The notes under the pieces are model-generated. The model had not been told where the DNA came from. It saw only the letters and a list, made by a program, of their open reading frames with translations, and ran no database searches. A stretch of 64,000 nt of DNA from a bacterium (GTDB lineage: Bacteria > Patescibacteriota > Gracilibacteria > UBA1369 > PNNO01), in assembly GCA_013824265.1 (NCBI GenBank), contig PNNO01000001.1:41051-105050 (forward strand), given 5' to 3'. Position 1 is the first letter of the stretch, and each line of letters starts with the position of its first letter. Below are positions 17,274 through 26,714 of the stretch, piece by piece. Position numbers and translations under genes: made by a program.

Positions 17274-19142
17274 ATGGATTCAAAAATTAAACTTCCTCAA
17301 AACAAACCGAGGAACAGCTTTTTCTACCTCATAATGGCAGCTTTAATTATAACTGCAGTTGTAATTATTTTTAATCCCGGAGACGGTTCAACAAAGAAGG
17401 TAAGTATGAATACCTTCATAGAACAGGTGAAAAACGCCGAAGTTAAGTCGATTGAAGTGAAAAATGAAAGGATAAACATCACCCTTGTTGATGACACAAA
17501 AGAGTTCGCTTTTAAGGAAAAAGGTGAGACTTTAAGAGAAATTCTTCAGGGAGTCCCAAGTGACGTCGTTAATGACATAGATACGCAAATAGTTTCAACG
17601 GAAGGGGAAGAGCTTTGGTACAGCTTACTTATGAGTATAGTTCCATTCCTTCTTATAATAGGTTTCTTTGTCTTTATGATGAGACAGGCGCAAAGTAGCA
17701 ACAACCAGGCCATGTCTTTTGGTAAAAGTAAGGCCAGACTTACGGATAAAGAGAAGAACAAAACAACATTTAAAGATGTTGCGGGTGCAAAAGAAGCAAA
17801 AGAAGAACTCATAGAAATAGTTGATTTCCTTAAAACTCCTGCAAAATACACTCAAATGGGAGCCAAAATTCCAAAGGGAGTAATTTTGGTAGGAGGACCT
17901 GGAACAGGAAAAACCTTGCTTGCAAGAGCTGTTGCGGGAGAAGCAAACGTTCCTTTCTTTAACATTTCCGGCTCCGAATTCGTGGAAATGTTCGTGGGAG
18001 TTGGAGCAAGCCGCGTGAGAGACTTATTTAAAAAAGCAAAAAGAAATGCACCGGCGATAATTTTTATTGATGAAATTGACGCAGTAGGAAGGCAACGCGG
18101 CACAGGACTTGGAGGAGGACATGACGAACGAGAACAAACTTTAAATCAAATTCTTACCGAAATGGACGGATTTGAAAAAGACACAAACGTTATTGTAATG
18201 GCGGCAACAAACAGACCGGATGTTCTTGATCCGGCCCTTATGAGACCGGGACGTTTCGACAGAAGAATTGTTGTTGATATGCCGGACCTTGAAGACCGCG
18301 AAGCTATACTTGGCGTACATTCAAAAGGTAAACCTCTAACAAAACTGGTTGATTTAAAAAATATAGCACGACAAACCTCAGGCTTTTCAGGAGCAGATCT
18401 TGAAAACCTTATGAACGAAGCTGCAATTCTTGCGGCAAGAAGAGCAAAGAAAACAATTTCGATGAAGGAACTTCAGGAATCAATAGAGAAGGTTATGATG
18501 GGCCCTGAGAGAAAATCCAGAGTTCTTTCCAAACATGAAAAAGAAATTACCGCTTACCACGAAAGCGGGCATGCTATTGTTGGACACATGCTTCCAAATT
18601 GCGATCCGGTACACAAGATTTCGATAATTTCACGCGGAATGGCCCTTGGAGTAACCTGGTTTTTACCTGAAGAAGACAAACATCTTTATACAAGAAGTAA
18701 GTTCACGGACGAACTTGTAAGTCTTCTTGGAGGATATTGCGCGGAAGAACTTGTCTTTGGAGAAATGACAACAGGCGCTTCAAACGACCTTGAAAGAGCA
18801 ACCAGTATAGCCAGAAACATGGTTACTCAATATGGTATGAGCGAACTTGGACCGGTTATTTACGGAGAGAGAAATCATGAAGTATTTATTGGAAGAGATT
18901 TTGGACACGTTAAAAACTATTCCGAAGAGATGGCCAAAAAAATCGATGCTCAAATAAACAACTTTATAGACATTGCCTATAAAAAAGCAAAAGAACTTTT
19001 GAGCAAGAACAGACCACTTCTTGATAGGATTGCAAAAAGCCTTATAGAAAAAGAAACTTTAACCGGAGAGGAATTTGCATCTTTCTTTGGAGAAATTAAA
19101 GTTCCAAAAAAAGTAATGTATTCAAAAAGCACTATAAAATAA
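17274..19142 (+). CDS. ftsH: ATP-dependent zinc metalloprotease FtsH
   Basis: The protein has two TM helices, a AAA module ([26 protein letters not shown]) and an HESGH zinc site. Confidence 0.95.
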   Translation: MDSKIKLPQNKPRNSFFYLIMAALIITAVVIIFNPGDGSTKKVSMNTFIEQVKNAEVKSIEVKNERINITLVDDTKEFAFKEKGETLREILQGVPSDVVNDIDTQIVSTEGEELWYSLLMSIVPFLLIIGFFVFMMRQAQSSNNQAMSFGKSKARLTDKEKNKTTFKDVAGAKEAKEELIEIVDFLKTPAKYTQMGAKIPKGVILVGGPGTGKTLLARAVAGEANVPFFNISGSEFVEMFVGVGASRVRDLFKKAKRNAPAIIFIDEIDAVGRQRGTGLGGGHDEREQTLNQILTEMDGFEKDTNVIVMAATNRPDVLDPALMRPGRFDRRIVVDMPDLEDREAILGVHSKGKPLTKLVDLKNIARQTSGFSGADLENLMNEAAILAARRAKKTISMKELQESIEKVMMGPERKSRVLSKHEKEITAYHESGHAIVGHMLPNCDPVHKISIISRGMALGVTWFLPEEDKHLYTRSKFTDELVSLLGGYCAEELVFGEMTTGASNDLERATSIARNMVTQYGMSELGPVIYGERNHEVFIGRDFGHVKNYSEEMAKKIDAQINNFIDIAYKKAKELLSKNRPLLDRIAKSLIEKETLTGEEFASFFGEIKVPKKVMYSKSTIK

Positions 19143-19153
19143 GGACCACTCTC

Positions 19154-19555
19154 ATGAAAAAAATATTATCAAAACAACCACCTGTCGTTTCTCAAAGCCT
19201 TTACGATGAAGATTCAATCGATGGACAATTGGCCTTGGATGTTTACCAGACAAGTTCACACATTGTTATTTTAGCCCCTATAGCAGGCGTTAAAATCGAG
19301 GATATGTCCGTTGAGATCAGCGATGATGTTCTTACGATAAAAGGACATCGTCACATGGAAAACACTGTACAGGAAGAGAACTATTTCACTCAGGAATGCT
19401 TTTGGGGCGACTTTTCAAGATCCATCGTACTTCCTGCGTCGGTTGATACAAATAGTATAAGCGCAGATTTTAAAGATGGCGTACTTGAAATTAAGATACC
19501 AAAAGTTGAGAAAATAAGATCAAAGGTCATTCGAATTAAAACTTCTAAAAAATAA
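19154..19555 (+). CDS. Hsp20/alpha-crystallin family small heat-shock protein
   Basis: An alpha-crystallin domain is present, ending in FKDGVLEIKIPK. Confidence 0.8.
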   Translation: MKKILSKQPPVVSQSLYDEDSIDGQLALDVYQTSSHIVILAPIAGVKIEDMSVEISDDVLTIKGHRHMENTVQEENYFTQECFWGDFSRSIVLPASVDTNSISADFKDGVLEIKIPKVEKIRSKVIRIKTSKK

Positions 19556-19557
19556 TT

Positions 19558-20430
19558 ATGTATAAACCTATAAGAAAAGCGGTACTTCCGGCTGCAGGTT
19601 TTGGAACCCGTTTTTTACCTGCCACAAAAGCTCAGCCAAAAGAAATGTTGCCTATAGTTGATAAACCGGTAATACAATATCTTGTCGAAGAAGCTGTCGC
19701 ATCCGGAATTGAAGAAATAATAATCATAACAGGAAGCAGTAAGAGGGCCATAGAAGACCACTTTGACTATAACTTTGAGCTGGAATACATGCTTGAGAAA
19801 AAAGGAAAAACAGATCTTCTTAAAAAAGTCCAAGACGTAAGAGACTTGGCTAAATTTGTTTATGTAAGACAGTCAATGCCAAGAGGAGATGGGGACGCAA
19901 TAATGAGAGCAAGAGATGTTGTTGGAGATGAACCATTTGCGGTTCTATTTGGAGACGACCTGGTTGACCACGAAATCCCGGCACTAAAACAGCTCATAAA
20001 CGTATATGAAAAGACAGGAACAAGCGTTATCGGTTTAACAAAAGTTCCAAAAGAGGACGTTAATAAATACGGCGTTGTGGGAACAAAATCATCAAACGGA
20101 AGAATCCACGTAATAGAGTCTCTTGTTGAAAAGCCAAACCAAAAAGATGCTCCTTCGGACCTGGCAATTATAGGCAAATACATTGTAACTCCGGAGATTT
20201 TTGAAGCCCTTGATAAAGCTTCCGCATCAAAAGATGACGAGATAAGACTTATAGACGGATTCAGAACCCTAATACATACACAGGAAATTTACGGTTATGA
20301 AATTGAGGGGAAAAGATATGACACCGGAGACACCCTTGGATTTATCAAAGCTACACTTGATTTTGCTCTCAAAAGAAAAGAGCTTTCATCAGACTTAAAA
20401 GAGTATATAAGGTCTCTTGATTTGAAATAG
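19558..20430 (+). CDS. galU: UTP--glucose-1-phosphate uridylyltransferase
   Basis: The N-terminal signature LPAAGFGTRFLPATKAQPKEMLPIVDKP is present. Confidence 0.9.
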   Translation: MYKPIRKAVLPAAGFGTRFLPATKAQPKEMLPIVDKPVIQYLVEEAVASGIEEIIIITGSSKRAIEDHFDYNFELEYMLEKKGKTDLLKKVQDVRDLAKFVYVRQSMPRGDGDAIMRARDVVGDEPFAVLFGDDLVDHEIPALKQLINVYEKTGTSVIGLTKVPKEDVNKYGVVGTKSSNGRIHVIESLVEKPNQKDAPSDLAIIGKYIVTPEIFEALDKASASKDDEIRLIDGFRTLIHTQEIYGYEIEGKRYDTGDTLGFIKATLDFALKRKELSSDLKEYIRSLDLK

Positions 20431-20476
20431 GCATTTGAGGTATAATTACCTGAAATAAAAAAATAAAAACAAAAAC

Positions 20477-21085
20477 ATGTCTGAAGAACGCAATTTTCTT
20501 ATTCAGGAAGCGGAGCAGCTTAAAATGGACGGGAATCACGCTGAAGCTATTGCTCAGTGCGAAAAGATACTTTATTCAGACCTAAATTGCACTGAAGCAT
20601 ATGAGGAAATAGGAGACAACTATTTGAGTCTTCGCGAATACGACAAAGCAAAAAAAGCATTAACTCAGGCTGTTAAGACAAATGCAAGAAGCGCAAATGC
20701 AAACTACCTGCTTGGTTTTATGTATTCGGCAATCGGAGATTTTAAAAAATCAGTTAAATATTTGGAAATAGCGGACGGATATGAAGCAAATCATCCTGAA
20801 ATTCTAAGATGTCTTGGATGGTCTTTATACCATGATGGGCAGAGACAACGAGGAATAGTCCTTTTGGAAAGAGCTCTTGCTTTAAGCCCTCAGGACTCAC
20901 TTATTCTTAGCGACCTTGGTGTTTGCTACCTAAATAGCAAGAAATTCGACCGCGCTTCGATTCTTTTTAGAAACATACTTGAAATAGAGCCTAATAACGA
21001 AAAGGCAAAAGAATGCCTTAATGCGGTAAGATTTTTCAAACACGAATATACAAAGCTTAAAGAGAAAAACAATAAACTCTCTTAA
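20477..21085 (+). CDS. Tetratricopeptide repeat protein
   Basis: The sequence shows repeated 34-residue TPR-like units with an A/Y/L periodicity, for example AYEEIGDNYLSLREYDKAKKALTQA. Confidence 0.7.
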   Translation: MSEERNFLIQEAEQLKMDGNHAEAIAQCEKILYSDLNCTEAYEEIGDNYLSLREYDKAKKALTQAVKTNARSANANYLLGFMYSAIGDFKKSVKYLEIADGYEANHPEILRCLGWSLYHDGQRQRGIVLLERALALSPQDSLILSDLGVCYLNSKKFDRASILFRNILEIEPNNEKAKECLNAVRFFKHEYTKLKEKNNKLS

Positions 21086-21106
21086 AAAGCTTAAAAACTT
21101 CCATTC

Positions 21107-21134
21107 TTGCGTAATATACGCAAAATCGTATAAT
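21107..21134 (+). promoter_or_regulatory. Putative promoter of the RNase P RNA gene
   Basis: TTGCGT (21107-21112) is followed by a 16-nt spacer and TATAAT (21129-21134). The predicted start, 7 nt downstream, coincides with the first base of the P1 stem at 21141. Confidence 0.5.
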
Positions 21135-21140
21135 GTCTTA

Positions 21141-21517
21141 GCTGACTCTTGAGATTTTGTGATCGCCGTGGCTTTTAGCCAAGGAGGAAAGTCCGAACAC
21201 CACAGAATAGGGTAACTGGTAACGCCAGCCGCCGTTTATAGCAATATAGACAGCAGGGAAAGTGCCACAGAGACAATACTATGCCCGCTTGCGGGCAGAA
21301 AGGTGAAAAGCCCCTTTTAGAGGGGAGACCCCGAGTAATCGGGATCACTAGGCAAACCCTACCCGGTGCAAGGTGGGATGGTAGTAAGGGAATTTACCTC
21401 ATTCTAAGGTCCCCTTCTACCCACCGCTAGACTCATTGTGCGAGCAATATGAGTTAGATAGATGATCACGCTCTCGAAAGAGAGAACAGAATTCGGCTTA
21501 CAATTTCTTTAGTCAGC
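21141..21517 (+). ncRNA. rnpB: RNase P RNA (bacterial type)
   Basis: The conserved P4 strands are present: GAGGAAAGTCCGAACACC near the 5' end and ACAGAATTCGGCTTACA near the 3' end. The terminal P1 pairing is GCTGACT (21141-21147) with AGTCAGC (21511-21517). There is no ORF in this 450-nt gap. Confidence 0.9.
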
Positions 21518-21539
21518 ACTGTAAGTATAAAGAAAAATC

Positions 21540-22967
21540 ATGAAGAAAGCAGAAATTTTGTTTGGTATCCTTCGAATTCCGATTGATATTATCATGACGG
21601 TTTTAGCGTTTGTTTCTGCATACCATCTAAGAACTCTTCCAAACTTAATCCCCGGAGTTACTCTTAAACTGGACCTTTCTTCATTCCCGCCTTTAAATCA
21701 ATATATTCAATTCAGTACGATAGCCGGACTGTTTTTGTTCGTGCTTTTCGCGTTTTACGGCATGTACCAATTAAAATCCTCGTCACGCATTGGCCAGGAA
21801 ATCGGAAAAATCATAAAAATTTCGACTTTTTGGATATTAATAATAATCGCATACTTCTTTGTTATAAGAGAATTTCCTTTTTCACGCCTAACAATAGGGT
21901 ACAGCTTTGTCCTTACTATTCTTTTTATTTCTTTAGGAAGAGTTTTTATTAACTTTGTTCAGCATTTACTTCTTAGAATGGGCATAGGAAGAAGGAGACT
22001 TTTATTCATAGGAGAAAACCAAATCTCTGAAGATCTTACGGCGATTTACAAGAACGATCCGCGATTTACCGTTGTTGGTGTTATTGGCGAGAATCAATTG
22101 AATGATTTAATCGAAATAATAAAAAAGAAAAGAGTTGAAGAAATAATTCAGACAAAATCCGACATAAGTTCAACACATGCCAAGGATATTTTAGATGTTT
22201 GCCGTGAACATCATCTGCATTATCATTTTGTTCCTGACCTTGTACAGGTGCAAAGAACAAACATAGAAATGTCATCCATAGAAGGAATTCCTTTGATTTC
22301 ATTAAAGCCAACACCACTTGATGGCTGGGGAAAAGTTATAAAAAGGATATTCGATATAACCGGCGCACTTTTTGGAATTATAATTCTGTCCCCTATCCTT
22401 CTTATAACGGCTATCGCAGTAAAGATTGATTCAAAAGGGACAATTATTTTTAAATATTTGGATGATGGATCACGTGTTAAACGCGTTGGACAGTACGGGA
22501 AATTGTTCGACTTCTACAAGTTCAGATCAATGATTCCAAACACACACAACCTAAGATATACCGAGCTGGCTGATCAAAACATAAGAAAAGGAACCCCAAT
22601 GGTAAAAATAAAGGATGATCCACGCGTTACAAGAGTGGGTAAATTCATAAGAAAATGGAGCATTGACGAGCTTCCTTCGCTTTGGAACGTGCTTAAAGGA
22701 GATATGTCGTTGGTTGGACCACGTCCTCATTTACCTGAAGAAGTGGCACAATACAAGAAACATCAGAAATTCGTTCTTGCTCTTAAACCTGGAATAACCG
22801 GTCCTGCACAAGTTTCGGGCAGAAGTAATTTGGATTTTGAAAAAGAAATACAACTGGATACGTATTATATAGAGAACTGGTCTATTTGGTTTGATATAAA
22901 GATAATTATGAAAACGATAAGTGTTGTTTTAAACGGAAAGGCCGCTAAAGAGGCCAAAGATGTTTAA
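21540..22967 (+). CDS. Polyprenyl-phosphate sugar phosphotransferase (WbaP/exopolysaccharide-priming type)
   Basis: The N-terminal half is multi-TM. The C-terminal bacterial sugar transferase domain reads KRIFDITGALFGIIILSPILL...FYKFRSM...DELPSLWNVLKGDMSLVGPRP. Confidence 0.85.
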   Translation: MKKAEILFGILRIPIDIIMTVLAFVSAYHLRTLPNLIPGVTLKLDLSSFPPLNQYIQFSTIAGLFLFVLFAFYGMYQLKSSSRIGQEIGKIIKISTFWILIIIAYFFVIREFPFSRLTIGYSFVLTILFISLGRVFINFVQHLLLRMGIGRRRLLFIGENQISEDLTAIYKNDPRFTVVGVIGENQLNDLIEIIKKKRVEEIIQTKSDISSTHAKDILDVCREHHLHYHFVPDLVQVQRTNIEMSSIEGIPLISLKPTPLDGWGKVIKRIFDITGALFGIIILSPILLITAIAVKIDSKGTIIFKYLDDGSRVKRVGQYGKLFDFYKFRSMIPNTHNLRYTELADQNIRKGTPMVKIKDDPRVTRVGKFIRKWSIDELPSLWNVLKGDMSLVGPRPHLPEEVAQYKKHQKFVLALKPGITGPAQVSGRSNLDFEKEIQLDTYYIENWSIWFDIKIIMKTISVVLNGKAAKEAKDV

Positions 22968-23051
22968 TCTTTGAGTTTATCCTTGAGAAAGCGGGTTTAA
23001 TTCACTAAAATAGACTGGTAGCTTTGAAATATTTAATGAAAACAACTTAAC

Positions 23052-25700
23052 ATGTTACATAGAATTATAGACATCATAATTGGCGACCAGAATAAAAAGG
23101 CCGTTAAAAAGCTTGAACCGATTGTAAACAAAATCAATGAACTGGAAAAACAATATAGTGAACAACTAACAAAGGATGAAGATTTTCCCGCAAAAACGGA
23201 AGAATTAAAGAGCAGACTTAGAGCAGGAGAAACGGTTGACGATATAACGGCAGAAGCCTTTGCCCTTGTAAAAGCGGCCTGCAGAAGACTTGTTGGAAGA
23301 AAGTGGCAGGTAAGAGGAAATGAAACAACATGGGAAATGATTCCGTACGATGTGCAACTTATCGGAGGATTGGTTTTGCACAAAGGAAACATAGCCGAAA
23401 TGAAAACAGGTGAAGGTAAAACCTTGGTATGTACTATGCCGGTTTATCTTAACGCTCTTACCGAAAAAGGAGTTTTTGTTGTAACTGTAAACGATTACCT
23501 TGCTCATCGTGATGCCGAATGGATGAGTGGTTTATACAAATTTTTAGGCTTAACAATAGGAGTAATTACTCATGATCAATCCCCTAACGAGAAGAAAGCC
23601 GCATATGCATGCGATATTACATACGGAACAAACAATGAATTTGGGTTTGATTATTTAAGAGACAACATGGCTACGAGCACCGAACAACTCGTACAAAGAA
23701 ATCTTCATTACGCGATAGTGGATGAAGTTGACTCCATTTTAATTGATGAAGCCCGAACTCCGCTTATTATTTCCGCACCGGCAGAAGAATCAACAAATAA
23801 ATATCAAAAATATTCTCAACTTGTAAAACAGTTAAAGGAAAATGTTGATTTTAATATAGATGAAAAGGCCCGAGCTGCAACTTTGAGCGAGGAAGGAATT
23901 AAGAAAATGGAAAATCTGCTTGGTGTTGAAAATATATTCACGGAAGCGGGATTTCTTGAAGTTCATCACATAGAGCAGGCTTTAAAAGCTTCAGCTATAT
24001 TTAAAAACGACATTGATTACGTTATTCGCGACGGAGAAATAGTTATAGTTGATGAATTTACGGGACGATTAATGCCGGGAAGAAGATATTCGGAAGGTCT
24101 TCATCAGGCCATAGAAGCAAAAGAAGGAGTTGAGATAAAAAGAGAGAGCAAAACACTTGCGACAATTACGTTCCAAAATTATTTCAGATTATTTGATAAA
24201 CTCGGCGGAATGACAGGTACGGCGGAAACCGAGGCTGAGGAGTTCCTAAAGATTTATGGGCTTGATACAATCGTAATTCCAACAAATCAGCCGGTAACAA
24301 GAGAGGATAAACCTGATGCAATTTATAAAACCCATAAAGCAAAATACTTGGCCGTAGCTACAAAAACAAAAGAAATGCATGCCAAAGGACAGCCTGTTTT
24401 GATAGGTACGATATCTATCGAAAAATCCGAAATAATGAGTAAGCTCCTTAAAATGCAGGGCGTTCCGCACAGTGTATTGAATGCAAAATTCCACGAGAAA
24501 GAAGCTGAAATAATAGCAAATGCCGGTCAGCCCGGAGTAGTTACAATAGCTACAAACATGGCGGGCCGAGGTACGGATATTAAGCTTGGGAAAGGTGTTG
24601 CCGACCTTGGAGGACTTTGTGTGATAGGAACAGAAAGACACGAAAGCAGACGTATAGACAACCAGCTTCGTGGACGAAGTGGACGTCAGGGGGATAAAGG
24701 TATGAGCCAATTCTTTGTATCTACGGAAGACGAACTCATGAGACTTTTTGGAGGAGAAAGAGTTCAAAGCATGATGAACATGCTAAAAATTCCGGATGAC
24801 ATGGCGATTGAAAACAAAATGATTTCACGCTCAATAGAAAGTGCGCAGAAAAAAGTTGAAGGACGAAACTTTGACATAAGAAAACACCTTGTTGAATATG
24901 ACGACGTGATAAATCATCACAGAACAATAATATACAAGAAAAGACGCGAAGTTCTTGAAAGTGAAAATATAAAAAATGAAATAATAATTCTTATTGAACA
25001 AGAAGTTGAGAATATGATTTCAATGCACGCAAGCGGACCTCTTGAAAACTGGAATTACAATGAAATCGCGGAAACAGTAAGAGCTATACACAGAAATCCT
25101 TCAAAGAATTTTAATGTTGATGATATTTCATCAATCAAAAGTCATGAAGAATTAATAGAGAGAATTAAACTTTATTTCTTTGATGAATATGAGGAAAGAG
25201 AAAAAATGGTTCCGGATCCGCGACTTTTAAGACACATTGAAAAGAGCATCTATCTGCATGTAATCGACACTTTGTGGATGGAGCACATAACAAATTTAAA
25301 CAGCCTAAGAGAAAGCGTATCTCTTAAAGGGTACGGACAAAGAGATCCGTTAATTGAATATAAACAGGAAGCATTTGTTGCATTTGATAAGTTGATGGGA
25401 ACGATAAGTTCAAGCACCGTTAATACATTGTTCAAAGTTGATATTGAAAGACAGGCTCCGGTTCGCATTATCCAGGCAGATCAGCCGGCTGGAATAATGA
25501 CAAACGAAGGTGATATAAAAGAAGTCCTTTCCGGACATGAAGGCGGAGGATCAAATCTAATGAGAGCAATGATGGCCGCGCAGGCAAAGAAGAATGCGAA
25601 TCAAATAAGGCAAATTGATCCAAGATTCAAAGATGCGGGAAGAAACGACGTATGCCCATGCGGAAGTGGCAAAAAATTCAAGAAATGTCACGGAGCTTAA
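23052..25700 (+). CDS. secA: Preprotein translocase ATPase SecA
   Basis: The DEAD-like motor motifs are present (MKTGEGKTL, VDEVDSILIDEARTPLIIS, TNMAGRGTDI). The C-terminal zinc motif is CPCGSGKKFKKCHG. Confidence 0.95.
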   Translation: MLHRIIDIIIGDQNKKAVKKLEPIVNKINELEKQYSEQLTKDEDFPAKTEELKSRLRAGETVDDITAEAFALVKAACRRLVGRKWQVRGNETTWEMIPYDVQLIGGLVLHKGNIAEMKTGEGKTLVCTMPVYLNALTEKGVFVVTVNDYLAHRDAEWMSGLYKFLGLTIGVITHDQSPNEKKAAYACDITYGTNNEFGFDYLRDNMATSTEQLVQRNLHYAIVDEVDSILIDEARTPLIISAPAEESTNKYQKYSQLVKQLKENVDFNIDEKARAATLSEEGIKKMENLLGVENIFTEAGFLEVHHIEQALKASAIFKNDIDYVIRDGEIVIVDEFTGRLMPGRRYSEGLHQAIEAKEGVEIKRESKTLATITFQNYFRLFDKLGGMTGTAETEAEEFLKIYGLDTIVIPTNQPVTREDKPDAIYKTHKAKYLAVATKTKEMHAKGQPVLIGTISIEKSEIMSKLLKMQGVPHSVLNAKFHEKEAEIIANAGQPGVVTIATNMAGRGTDIKLGKGVADLGGLCVIGTERHESRRIDNQLRGRSGRQGDKGMSQFFVSTEDELMRLFGGERVQSMMNMLKIPDDMAIENKMISRSIESAQKKVEGRNFDIRKHLVEYDDVINHHRTIIYKKRREVLESENIKNEIIILIEQEVENMISMHASGPLENWNYNEIAETVRAIHRNPSKNFNVDDISSIKSHEELIERIKLYFFDEYEEREKMVPDPRLLRHIEKSIYLHVIDTLWMEHITNLNSLRESVSLKGYGQRDPLIEYKQEAFVAFDKLMGTISSSTVNTLFKVDIERQAPVRIIQADQPAGIMTNEGDIKEVLSGHEGGGSNLMRAMMAAQAKKNANQIRQIDPRFKDAGRNDVCPCGSGKKFKKCHGA

Positions 25701-25713
25701 AAATCGAGCTTTA

Positions 25714-26709
25714 TTAATCGTTGTACCCTTCAGGATTGGAACTGTGCCAAGTCCAAGCGGTTTTGATTATATCGTCAATTGAAGTATATTTTGGCATCCA
25801 GCCAAGAACATCTTTTGCTTTTGTGCTGTCCGCAACAAGCACGGCAGGATCCCCTTCTCTTCTTTCGCCTTCAACAACATTTATATTTTTACCGGTTATT
25901 TTTTTCGCGGAATCTATTACCTGTTTTACCGAGAAACCTTTTCCATTTCCCAAATTAAACACATCGCTTTTTTCACTTTCAAAAAGTTTGTTAAGAGCAA
26001 GAACATGTGCGTCTGCAAGATCGTTAACATGGATATAATCCCTTACACAAGTCCCATCAGGCGTATCATAATCAGTTCCAAAAACTTTAATCTCATCCAT
26101 TTTCCCAAGCGCGGCTTTAAGTACAAGCGGAATTAAATGTGTTTCCGGAGAATGATCCTCTCCTATTTCTCCGCTTTCATCAGCTCCGGAAGCGTTAAAA
26201 TACCTAAGAGCTATATACTGCAAATCGTAACTTTTCTTATACATTTCCAAAATATTCTCGAAAATAAGCTTTGTAACACCATAGTTGTTAACAGGCTTTA
26301 ACGGATGATCCTCTTTTATCAAATCCTGTACCGGATCGCCATAAACGGCAGCAGTTGAAGAAAAAATAAACTTCTTAACTCCATGTCTAAGCATTTCATT
26401 TAAAAGATTAAAACCGTTTACGCAATTATTTGCAAAAAATTCGGCAGGCTTTTTCATTGAAATTCCAGCTTCTATGAATGCGGCAAAATGCATCACCGCA
26501 TCATAACGGTTTTCATCAAAAATATTTTTTAAAGATGCCAAGTCCCCCAAATCAACTTTATGGAAAACAACACCCTTTGGAATACTACGAGAATGCCCGT
26601 TAATAAGGCTGTCGAGGATAGATACTTTGTATCCTTCATCAATCAATTTGCGTACCACATGAGAACCAATATAGCCGGCACCACCGGTTACAAGAATATT
26701 TTTATCCAT
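25714..26709 (-). CDS. galE: UDP-glucose 4-epimerase
   Basis: A Rossmann motif is present (ILVTGGAGYIGSH), together with the SDR catalytic YGVTK. Length and context fit GalE. Confidence 0.88.
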   Translation of the reverse strand: MDKNILVTGGAGYIGSHVVRKLIDEGYKVSILDSLINGHSRSIPKGVVFHKVDLGDLASLKNIFDENRYDAVMHFAAFIEAGISMKKPAEFFANNCVNGFNLLNEMLRHGVKKFIFSSTAAVYGDPVQDLIKEDHPLKPVNNYGVTKLIFENILEMYKKSYDLQYIALRYFNASGADESGEIGEDHSPETHLIPLVLKAALGKMDEIKVFGTDYDTPDGTCVRDYIHVNDLADAHVLALNKLFESEKSDVFNLGNGKGFSVKQVIDSAKKITGKNINVVEGERREGDPAVLVADSTKAKDVLGWMPKYTSIDDIIKTAWTWHSSNPEGYND

Positions 26710-26714
26710 ATAAA

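Noticed and set aside
24246-24767. A 173-aa ORF on the minus strand inside secA. Similar long antisense ORFs occur at 23033-23392 and 23205-23507.
   Set aside because: It lies fully antisense to a strongly recognisable SecA coding region. The translation is Phe/Cys/Tyr-rich with no recognisable motif. This is a typical shadow ORF in AT-rich DNA.
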